From assembly GCA_017499595.2 (NCBI GenBank), contig CM038999.1, forward strand, positions 2,480,001 through 2,544,000: a stretch of 64,000 bases of DNA, given 5' to 3'. The stretch is from Psilocybe cubensis (lineage: Eukaryota). Made by a program: the position numbers and the translations under genes. Below, piece by piece: positions 1 to 10,814 of the stretch. The notes beneath the pieces were generated by a model. It was not told the origin of the DNA. It ran no database searches and saw only the letters and a list, made by a program, of their open reading frames with translations. Positions within the stretch are counted from its first letter, which is position 1; the number at the start of each line of letters is the position of its first letter.

Positions 1-458
1 ACTCGTCGACGGCATGAAAGGTATGGTTAAGAATGTCAGGGATGGGTACATCGGGAGATGAGTGGATGGCATCGAGCAGATACTGAAGAGGAGTGAGCCA
101 ATGTAGACAGATCATAGCCAGTGGCGCATTATTTACCTCATGAAAATGGGATCCACACCATTCTGCAGCATGCTTACCCGCATGACCGTCAAAGACGGCA
201 AAGAAGCCTTGGCCACGGACTGCGTCGAAGTCGACAACAAAAGAGTGGGCATCCTCCATGGTCCTCCGAGTGCCCTTGTCCTCTGAGACTCCTACACGAA
301 AAGTTGGATGATTAGCAGAGTGACGATTCAGGACCTAGAGGGCTTGTTCAACAAGAGTGGGTGATTGATTAGAAGATACGTACACCGTTTGTATCAAGGT
401 CTGCGGTGGATATGGACTTTGAACGTGCATTCGGAGAGTCAGTGAAGCGGGGAGCCAT
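1..458 (-). CDS. PTC1: Protein phosphatase 2C, Ptc1-like (5' part; runs off window start)
   Basis: Spliced minus-strand translation MAPRFTDSPN...|VLNRHSANHPTFRVGVSEDKGTRRTMEDAHSFVVDFDAVRGQGFFAVFDGHAGKHAAEWCG; PP2C motifs RxxMED and FDGHAG; not in ORF track. Confidence 0.9.
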
Positions 459-574
459 GATATGATGGTGGTATTGGACTGTGCTCTAAATGGAATGCTC
501 CAATATTTATGGTAAATATCGGAGTTAGCCGACAGTCTCTTCATCTTCTCCATCTACTTGCTCGTCGCCAGTGC

Positions 575-2247
575 ATGTCTCAGCAATCCGCCGCTGCAAA
601 GCCTTCGCTCCAGGGCGTCAGAATCAAAGCAAGAAAGGGTGCTGTAAAGGCACAGGCAAAGCACGAACCGTCAGGTAACTTTTTATCCTTCTCCCGAACC
701 CCCCTTCGCGCCCTCACGTCCCGTCACCACTTTTTCCAGTATTTAGAGATCAACTTTTCAAACACCTCGAAACTGTATCCCCCGGTGATTTCGACGCAGT
801 AGCCACAAAACTCGTACAAGCAGGATCCACTCTTGAATATCTCAAATATGCAGACCCACTCTTCGAAATCATTTTTGTTGGCGGTCTCCTCCAACCAGGT
901 GGCAGCTTCGTCGACGACGGCTCGCCTATTTCCCCCTTTACAATTTTCAGTGCCAAAGAACCTGCAGAGGTGGATGACATAAAAAAATACGTCGAAGTCA
1001 TCAACAAACTCACCAGAAGGTTAGTCCAACATTTTTCACATCCAATTTCTGTTTTCGTCTTTATCTTATCTTTTTTCAAACAATTCAGATACAAATATCT
1101 ACAAAAGCCTCTTGAAGAGTCTGCACTTCCCGGACTCTTGCAATATATCCATCGCTGGGAACCCTCTCAGAAAGATAAACTTTCTATTGCGATCGGCCTT
1201 TTGATCTCCCAAGGTCTTGCTAACGCTTCCTGCCTTCAGAGTCTCGGCAAAGACCACTTGGTGAAGAATGGTGAAATCTGAACTATGTTCTATACGGCAT
1301 CCTCTTATCATTTATTCTAGATGTCGCCATCAATGTGCTCACTGTAATCTTCCGGGCATACCTCGTTGATCAATCGATGGACCATCTTTCCGCCGCTTTG
1401 AAACGCGGCGGTATCAAGGACCTACTTGCATTCTTCCCGCCAAATAAGCGTGAAGGCAAATTTCTTGAAGAACACTTCAAGAAAGAAAATCTTCCCCAGG
1501 TTGCGGAATGGTGGGCCAAAAAGCAATACGCCGTGGTCAAAGAGGGCATCATTAAAGACCTTTCGGACATGCAGGATCAACAAGATACCCCTGAGCAGGT
1601 GAGCTTCCTTTTGAACACATTATCTCTTCTCCTGCTAATTTTTTAATGTCCAGGTTATCGCTGCCATTAAATCTCGTCAAGAAGAGTCTCCTATTCCCGA
1701 GGCCGAGTTGATTCAGTGCATTTGGCAAGGTCTTCTTGGATCTGTCGATTGGAGCGCCCGACCTGATCAAATCGAGGGTCTTGCACTACGTGAAGTTACC
1801 GTAACTGCTTTTATTCTACTATTTTACCTTTTTAGTTGCTAAATCGTCTGCACATCAGAAATTTGCACCGATTTTGGAGCCATTTTGCGAAAGTGGGAAA
1901 ACTCAAATCGCCCTCATCAACGCAGTACAGGTTTACTGCTACGAAGACACTCGTATCATCAAAGCCTTCCCACAAATTCTCAAGGTAATTCTCCTTTGCA
2001 GATGTATGGGCTACAAATGCAGGCACTCATCTCCTTTTTAGGTTCTCTACAACAAAGATTGCCTTTCTGACCAAGCCATTATTTACTGGCATCAGAAAGG
2101 CTCGAAGCCTCAAGGGAGGCAGCACTTCTTAAAGAGTACTGAGCCTCTAGTCAAGGTCAGCGTCTTAGGACCTTGATCCTTATGACCTCTAACCATTTCG
2201 TCCAGTTCTTACAAGAGCAAGAAACCAGCGACGAAGACGAAGAGTAA
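575..2247 (+). CDS. BZW: eIF5-mimic protein (BZW/5MP, W2/HEAT domain)
   Basis: KPSLQGVRIKARKG N-terminus, YADPLFEIIFVGGLLQPGG, C-terminal AIIYWHQKG and acidic FLQEQETSDEDEE tail; multiple GT-AG introns. Confidence 0.9.
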
Positions 2248-2430
2248 ACAGTTCCCCTAGAATTTCGCATTATTGTCATCCCGTGGATTGCCTGTATATA
2301 TCTTTGCAACGACCAACATGTACCAAACTCAAAGGACATTTGAAGGACATTTTCAATTTTTTTAATACATGTACAGTGGAAGCACAATACAACAACAGGT
2401 ATTGAAATAAGTAAAATTTAAATGAATTTA

Positions 2431-5400
2431 TCACCATGCTTCTGGCATTGGCGCAAAATCGCCCGTCCATCCGTTTTTGCCAGCCATTTGCAAAAAAATT
2501 CCATCAGAGCCGTTGACCGGAAGACCTAGGTCGGCCAAACTCTGAGATGGGGTCAGAACACGACATTTACAAATATATAACGTTACACACTTGCTCTTGT
2601 AACCATAAAGGTATAGCTGTTGGGCTGAATATACCACGATCATTTGGCCAGGCGAAGCCAAGTTCTTCCATGGTGAATGGCGGAGGCATGGCTGGGTCAT
2701 GGAATAATGTTGGAGACACAACCATATTTTCGGCAAACGGCGGTGGGGGTATAGTAGGTATTGGCGTGTTAATACCACTTCGTAAGCCGACTTTGCGACG
2801 AAGGTTGGCTAACATGATGCGTAACGTCAATGCATATCTAGAGAAATAGATAAGTATTGATTATTTGTTTCGGTGGTCACCTCCCGACCTTTCAGCGGCG
2901 ACATCAGAAAGAAGTTGCGCTAATTGCTCAACTTGTGCTGTAATAGCACCCAGGTCGAGTTCTGTAGGAAACAAGTTGGCCATTTTGAGAAGGAAAAGAC
3001 CAGAAAAGGCTGCTGTGACGAGGCTGTCATGTACGGCATACCGAAGAGCAGCTCTGTGAATCAAAAAAAATCAAAAAACGGTGCATAAACTTGAACAATA
3101 TCATCCCACCGGTACTCAGCAGAATTTAGGAATATGGAAAGACAGTTAGAAGCCGCATCCTTTGCTTGAAAGGCAAGTTCTCGTTGCTCAAAAGGCATCT
3201 TATCCCATGCCACTCCACGAAGCGCAACACACACCAACCACAATTTCGCATAATGTAATTCTCCCGCCAGAACTTTACGGAGTAATGAATCTTGGTCCAT
3301 TGTACGACCTACTTCATATTTAGAATGGATGATGTATAGATAAAAAACACACATACGATGTAACTCATCACACCCAGACCACCATTCATCCAAAGCATCA
3401 TTTGCGCGGCGAATCAGTGATAAGGCATTATTGTTTACTGCGCCGTTGAGGGGAGCCAGGAAGTCGTATATCTGCGCTGAATAAATGTTGATTCAAAATT
3501 AAAAATAGAAAAGCCGGAAGAGCAGATATTCACTTTTGTGAGCAATCAGTTCAACCAAAGAAATCAATCGAACATCCGTCGGTGAAGCCATCGGGTGCGA
3601 AAGCAGCACTCTGCAGTGTCGAATAGTATTTTCGTCTCGCAACACAATAGGTCGCCCAGTGCCTAGGCTCATCCTGTAACGTCATGTCAGCATGTTTACC
3701 AATTTTAGTCTTGACGACAAATACGGACTGATGGTCAAACCAATATAAGCACAACCAAATGCGAGCGGACACAACTGTTGGGAGCAAATATTCATTGAGA
3801 AAAGGGTACATGGAAGGTGAACCGGAAATTTTACCGAGATTCCGTTCTTCTTCTTCGGTTCGCTGTTTGCCACTATCATCTACCAATTTTTCAAGAGCAC
3901 GATGTAGACCTAAATCAAGAGCCATACGCATCGCGTGCCCACTTGGAAGCCACCCATTGGTGCTCCAGGCAGCCAATAAGAGCATACCTACGACGGTGTT
4001 AACCATTACCTTCATAACCATGAAATGTATTCACCTTGCACCGCCTCTTTTCTTACCACAGGGCCAAAAAGGGAAGAGCGAGCAATGCCTTGGGCTTCTT
4101 CGAGACATTTGTAGAATGTTGGGCTGAGAGGACCGTTTCCACTACGAATCTTCCCAGCCACAGCTAGGATAGCATCGAAGGTCCAAGGCGACCTTTCCAT
4201 CAAGCTTTCATAGGTATCATATGACGGATCGAAAAGCGGTATAAAGAGATGGCATCCTGCAAAAAAGCTATACAAGTACAAGTGAACATGGCGATGGCTA
4301 AGAGGGATGAGTAAAACTACATGTTAAAGAGCTCTCGAGCTTCAGAATCGGTGACCAATCCCTGCAGTTCATAATTAGCCCCACGCGAAAAACTGAATGA
4401 TAAGATAAATACCTTCTCGACAACGTGGGGGAAAGCATTTCTCGGAATGGGTTCAGCCCTTTTGCGCTTCTTTACCCTTGAATCACGATTTAATTGCAAC
4501 AAGTATGCGTCGAAACATGAATAATTACCTTGGTGCTTCAGCGGAAGGTGCCGCGGCTGCCTCCGCCGCGGCATTGGCCAGGCCCTGTAGTGCCTCGATG
4601 GGTGCATTGAGAGAGGCTCTTGGCAAAGTGTCCTCAGATTCGTCATCAGACGACGCAGCAGTGCTCGGAACTATCCCATAATTAGCATATTTATGAGGCT
4701 ACAGATGGTGTTTACGTTAGGGAATAAGATACAAAGTCAATGTAAATTCGTACCGGAGGAGCAAATCCCGGAAGTGGGGGGAAATTTCGAGCAGGGCCAG
4801 CAGCTACCTCAAAACCATTGCGCTGCGGGGCTTGCAGACCGGAAGCGTCCCGGTGCGCCTCCATATGGGCAGTATAGAGTCCTGGGTGAGGAGGAGCCAT
4901 GCCTGCATTGGTATGTTGTGGCTGAACCGCTGATAGAATTCGGTCTAGAGATGACTGCATGCCGATCATCTGGCTTTGCATTACCTAAAAACGTTACGAC
5001 TTCGTTAACAATCTTTCGACAGAGGATATGAAGGTCCTGATCGGACCACATACCAGATATTGACCTTCGAGCCTCGCAAGTCGCCTGGGCATCGGGTCTC
5101 AACAAAGTCTGGTCACTGTCAAGAGAAAAACGTACTCAATGCCTGCGCCCGTCATGCCTTGAACATTTTTCTTCTCTGGCTTTTCAAAAATACAGGGTAC
5201 ACCGCTTGCTTGGCAACGACGACAAGGAGCCTGTGGTGAGTAGAGCCGGGCCGGGTACGGGGAGGCGGGCCTCAGTGTGAGACGGAACGTTGGAACCGAC
5301 GGATACAAAAGACTCGCACCTCTCCTTCACACCTGTTTTTGCCTTTCCTACAGGACGTACAGGCCCGAGCGCCTCGCTTGGGAATATGGGACGTTGGCTG

Positions 5401-5520
5401 TGGTGTTTGACCGTCAGCCGTAGAAGACTGAGCCATGATTCCAGAATTTGCAGATGCTTTTCGTTTTTTCGAGGCGGATTCTGAGCTGTTGGAGATGGAC
5501 GCAGAGGGGCTGTGGGACAT
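2431..5520 (-). CDS. Zn(II)2Cys6 fungal transcription factor with middle homology region
   Basis: ACTSCRKGKNRCEGE|APCRRCQASGVPCIF binuclear cluster split by an intron; MALDLGLHRA and RIWLCLYWFDHQ fungal-TF motifs. Confidence 0.92.
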
Positions 5521-6868
5521 AATGGCCAGTTGGTGGGCCAAGATGAAGAGTAGATATAATTTGTGAACAAGGCAAACGTGAACAGTGGCGGGAGAGTGTC
5601 CGAACATCTCCGGAGTTTTGACTTACTTGCACGTGTCACACTGTCACTTGACCCTTTATCGCCTTGTAGAAGACTTACTCTTTTCTCATGTACTCCCATG
5701 TCTTCGAATTCTGACGACACATGCTACTGTATCCTTTAAGCTTATAGCTATAATCTTCGCTTGTTGCTTATGAACAACACTACAGTCCTTAGATCTGTTG
5801 ATTGACGCGTCCCTGACTTTTTTTTTCATCACAATCTCTTCGCATCTTTGCAAGTGTATTTTCTCAAAAGCTGCATAAATCCTGACCCCACCACATCATA
5901 GTAGATTTTCAGTGCATTAAAAGGCCAGTCTTGGGTTATGAATGCCTGCCCAAAGAAACAGCAACCCGATTCAAGACATTTTTCAAGCTGTGCCCATTCC
6001 ACAGAGGTGTCAAGCATCCTATTCACTTAAGTTACGACACAATGATTTAAGCATCACAGACTCGCTAGATCATATATTGTGTACGTGTGTTACATACCCA
6101 CAGTGTTGAATATATATGCTCACTCTATCTAAATACGGTATTAGCATAGGTCAGGTTACAAACTGACCACTTCATAAGGCGCATCTGGTAACTGACTAGG
6201 TGCATCATCAGACATCTATCGGGCCCCATAATTGTAGGGGCCGTATAAATTTAGTGCGGATGCAAAAATAGCCACCGCGGGGAACTGAGCTACTGCAGTG
6301 GCAATTGCAAACTTCAAGAAGTGGTGAGATATGACCACATATCTCAAAGTAGGCGGCAGATTTCTGAGCCTTCTTGATAGGCACTCTTTGCATCTTGGTG
6401 CTCTGCGCCATGCGGCTCTACGTGCACTTGACTTGGGTCACAATTCATCAACTTTGAATGACTTTGCCCTCCTCATAGAAACCAAACTGGAGGAGTTTCA
6501 TGTTTACTAAACGAGAGACTGCAGAAACGATTGGTTGGTTACTCTACTTAATAATGACGCAGATAAACACTAATTTTTTTCCAAGGAAAATAGGGGGCGC
6601 TTTTAACTAATGATATGAGAAAGAAAAGTGGTCTGGGGCTTGTTGCTTTATTGTCACAAAATCATGACATGATTGACATTGTCAAATTGTTTTCCCTTCT
6701 CCAGTTGCATCGAAACAGGTCAAAGGATATAATAATTGGGGTGAAGAATGGATACGTTTATTTATCTTTTCCATTCAGCTTGTTTTAAAATCGAAATATA
6801 AGTTTTTAATTGCAGATATTGGCAATCGCAATTCAGTTGGACTGAAACTTACTCTTTCACAGCACACA

Positions 6869-7942
6869 TCACTCCAGATCCTCGTAGTCCTCGTTTATAC
6901 CCAAATATTGACGAAGATCGTCGACCCCAACCCCAGTCTGCCTTGTAAAATGTCCAAGGAGTATTCCGTAGTTATCTGTGATAGTTCAAATACTGCACTG
7001 AACAGAAAGTCGAGACGGACCAGTCCAGCGGTAAGTCGCTTCTTTGGCGAGGAAAGCCGCCCTTTTCACCTCATCGACCTTGGCAGGGTTAGAATCGCCA
7101 TATGCATTGAGCTCGGATTCCAGGGTTGACAATTCTTTCTTTAGTTCACTGAGGTTCTTTAGTGCAGTAGTTCGAACGTCCTAGAAGGTGGGGTTAGCCA
7201 AAAATACGCCTGTGTTTTCTCATCAAGAAACTTACGCTCTCTGCTCTTTCTGATTTAGCGAGGTGAATCGCTGAATTTAGTTCAATAATTTGGGATTGAT
7301 GAGAGCTTTGGGTTTCTTTGGCTGCATCTAATTTGGCCTGCAGCTGCTCCAATTGAATATGCTCAACTCCTCGATAACGTCAAAGGACAAGAGCAGGCAA
7401 GAGCTTACGAGGACGCCGTGTTGCGATGGAAAGCTCCAGAAAACTACAACTACTAGTCAGTATCGATTGCCAAGGAATACATAAACCTTGCAATTTGAAG
7501 ATCCGATTTTATCCCCCTGTACCAGATTGTCATCCACCAGGGACTGCAAGACATCCTTTATTGACTGGGAGACTGTTACCACATTCATATATGCGCCTTG
7601 AAGGTGACATCATGAATTGGAGGTTCGACACACCTATTCCCTTTAGCTTTGGGCCTAGTTTCTCCAGTTCTTTTAGCTGCAAAGACAATTAACTCTTGAC
7701 GCGGTAAGATACAATATTTAGGAAAACCGAGCACACCTGGTAAAAGTCTCGCTGGGTAAGGTGAATTTGAGGTTTCAGGTCTATGAGTCGTACCGTTGAC
7801 CCAGTATTGAACATACAGTTTCATGGAATATCTCAAGTAATTTGATGCGTTTCTCTTCCATAGATAGCCCTCTAGGTGCCTAGTGTATAGTAGTGTGAGA
7901 TTGGAAAATTCTTTCTATTCAAAGGATCATAATACGCACCAT
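6869..7942 (-). CDS. MND1: Meiotic nuclear division protein 1 (Hop2-Mnd1 recombination factor), 8 exons
   Basis: Spliced: M|APRGLSMEEKRIKLLEIFHET|RDFYQ|LKELEKLGPKLKGI|VSQSIKDVLQSLVDDNLVQGDKIGSSNF|FWSFPSQ...|AFLAKEATYRWT|DNYGILL...YLGINEDYEDLE*. Confidence 0.95.
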
Positions 7943-8378
7943 GATCTTGTATGATTGTGAAAACTTGCAATTGTTATTAAATTATCTGTGCTGAGCTGTG
8001 ACTACCCTGTATCATGTACTTAAGAAAGCGGCGCCACCGCGCACATTTACATCCCGTGATGAATATGTATAAGTAACCGGAAGAACGCCGGTGTGTCAGC
8101 ATTTATTACTTCAAAAGACTTGACCAATTCAGACTGCTCTACTATCAGTGCTTAGCGCTTAACCCGCATCGCTTTCTCTTACGTTACCTGTAGTCATAGG
8201 ATACGCCGCTCATGACTTATTATCAGACCATTTGGAAAGTCTTTAACAAAGAACAGATAAGCAATCTCATAAATGCGCTTCCCTGGTAACGTTTAGTTCA
8301 TGCTTTCACCTACTGCCCTCTTCCCACACCACACATTCTTGTCTTTGGATCCCAATAACGACTGACGGGGATTTGCTC

Positions 8379-10422
8379 ATGTTCGACTTCTATTCTCAAG
8401 CTGCAATCTTCTTGGTGGCTTTTTTTGCTTTGATGTATGCTCGCATCGCACAGGCAATCTCTTACTCAGGCGGCGTACCGCGTGTCGGGAAGCCAGGTGT
8501 CCTCGGTTTCATACAGACTGCATTAAAATGGACCGTAGACAGTGAAGCTGTTATCATAGAAGGCAGGAAGAAGTTCCACGGTAAACCTTTCGTGATTCCG
8601 ACTCTGGTAATCGATTTTTTTTAATCACCCTGGTTTCTGTTGATTTACCAACTTGGAAGTCGGGACCGTACTTCTTTCTAGGACCAGAATATATGGAGCG
8701 TGTACGAGCAGGTCCGGACACCGTCGTATGTTTGCTTATCCTTGCAGTTTGGGATGCATATTCAGTTTGCTTCATAGTTCAACGAAATGATGGCTGTTAA
8801 TGAAGACCTCCAGCTTCCATACACCATGGATGCTCATCAATTAAGCAATCCTTACCAAGCCAAGGTTCTTAGAACAGATGTCAACCGTGCCATTCCTTCA
8901 TATATCCCAGAGTTGTTGGATGAATCCAAACTTGCTTTCGAAGATGCCTTCAAGGTCACAGATACCGTACTTGGTGAGCAATGTTATTTTTTGTTCTGTG
9001 TGAGAGCTTATAAATGATCTTAGGAATTGCTGACATTGAGGTGTTTGATACCATGACACACTTGATTGCGCGAATCAGTAATCGTGTGATCTTTGGAAAG
9101 GATTTATGTCGAAACCAGGAATTCCTTCGCGCAACTGTGCGATTTGCAGAGACGACGCCACTGATGGCTCCATTTATTCAATGGAGTCCGTTGTTCTTCC
9201 GTCCGTAAGTATCTGTTTCCTCACTAGTTAAACAGCACGTAAATGTTCATATAGATTTGTATATTTCTTACTTTCATCAATCCTGGGAGGCAAAAGAGCA
9301 CCACTCAAAATTTTGGTACCTTTTTTGAACCGTTACATGAAAGCTCGCCAAACGATGACGGAAAAGCCTGTAAGGTTTAGGCTTCAATACCAAAAATGAT
9401 AGCTAATGGCTATACTCGTGAAGAATTTAGTCTCAGAATTTCTAATTCAGAATGCGCCTCCACAAGAAACAGTTGAAGGTATCGCGGTCCGACTTTTGAA
9501 CATCAATTTTGGGAGCATACACACTTCGCATGTCGTTCATCTATTTGTGGATGAACAATGAATCTAATATTAAACATAGGTCTATCTTTATTACACAAAC
9601 TCTTTTCGAGATCGCGTTGCTTAGGCCTGAAGAGGTTGAAGGCATGCGGTCTGAAGTCGAAGACGCGCTGGAGTCCGAGGGCGGCTGGAATAAGGCAGCT
9701 GTGGACAGATTCTATAAGATCGATTCGGCACTACGGGAGGTCGGAAGATATCACGGATTGATGCATTGTAAGTCTCTACTCACACTCTGAGATTTATATG
9801 TAAGATATTGAGTGACATATAGTTGCCCTTCCTCGCTACGCGATAGTGGGATGTGAGCTTGCAGATGGAAAATTTGTCCCCCCGGGTTCTCGCATTGCAA
9901 TTGACATGAAAGCAATACATTTCGATGCTGACATTTATCCGGATCCTAACCGTTGTGATCTCTTTCGCTTTTCCAACATGCGGGAGAAGAACGGCTCAGG
10001 TAATTCAAACCATGGGTTCGCAACAGTGGATTCATACGTAAGTACACCTTCGCTGTGCCTTGGTATATCTTACCCAAATAGTTCGGTAGTATCTCCCGTT
10101 CGGTGCCGGTGAGTCGTTGAGATCATGCGTCAACGATGTTATCATACACTTCCTAAGTTGCATTCTCAGGACGCCATGCTTGTGCAGGTCGTTTCTTCGC
10201 CGCTGTAAGTTCTATTCGGAAGGTTTCTATTCCTTTCACAGGGTGCTAAACATTTCTGCCATCGCCAAGGTGGAGCTGAAGATCATGCTTGCCCACATTC
10301 TCCTCGAATACAACATCAGTTACCCACACAAAGTCAATGAGCGACCTAGGAATATCATTTTCAATGGAGCAATCATTCCGGATAGTAAAGCTCGTTTGGT
10401 CTTCAAGCGTAGAAAGATGTAA
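8379..10422 (+). CDS. Cytochrome P450 monooxygenase (CYP512/clan-54-like)
   Basis: N-terminal anchor, I-helix NFGSIHTS, ExxR (LREVGR), DLFRFS, heme motif PFGAG|RHACAGRFFAA. Confidence 0.93.
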
Positions 10423-10814
10423 ATGTGACTTGCTTCGTTAGTCAGAATATTGGTTGAGACCAGTCAATGCCATCCAGTATTGAGGGTAATACGCGGCTGA
10501 CCAAGGTTTACAGCCTACACAGACACCCAACAATTGGAAATAGGAATTAAGGCATTGGCACAACCCATCTACGAGTGTAGCATGGCAACCTAAACTCTAA
10601 AAATGGTGTAATGGAATGCACTGTGTAACAATATGCGATGATAATGAAAGGAAGGGCGACGACGATAAATTACAATGTGAGGAAATGAGAAGTTATGTAC
10701 ATGTCCGGTGTTGACTTCCATCATACTGACAACAAAGAAAACCGTGGTATGTGCTCCTCGTAAAAAGCGAAAGCAAAGTAGAAACGAAAAAGTCCCGGAT
10801 TTAGAATGATATCG

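Noticed and set aside
6190..6242. GC hairpin followed by CTAG on the minus strand as a Helitron 3' end
   Set aside because: Short stem, atypical spacing, and no 5' end or Rep/helicase remnant
6908..7836. ORF-track ORFs 6908-7129, 7426-7692 and 7585-7836
   Set aside because: Antisense or off-frame shadows of MND1 exons
2431..10422. Zn2Cys6 factor plus P450 as a secondary-metabolite cluster
   Set aside because: MND1 lies between them, there is no backbone enzyme (terpene synthase, PKS, NRPS, RiPP precursor), and the flanks are housekeeping genes
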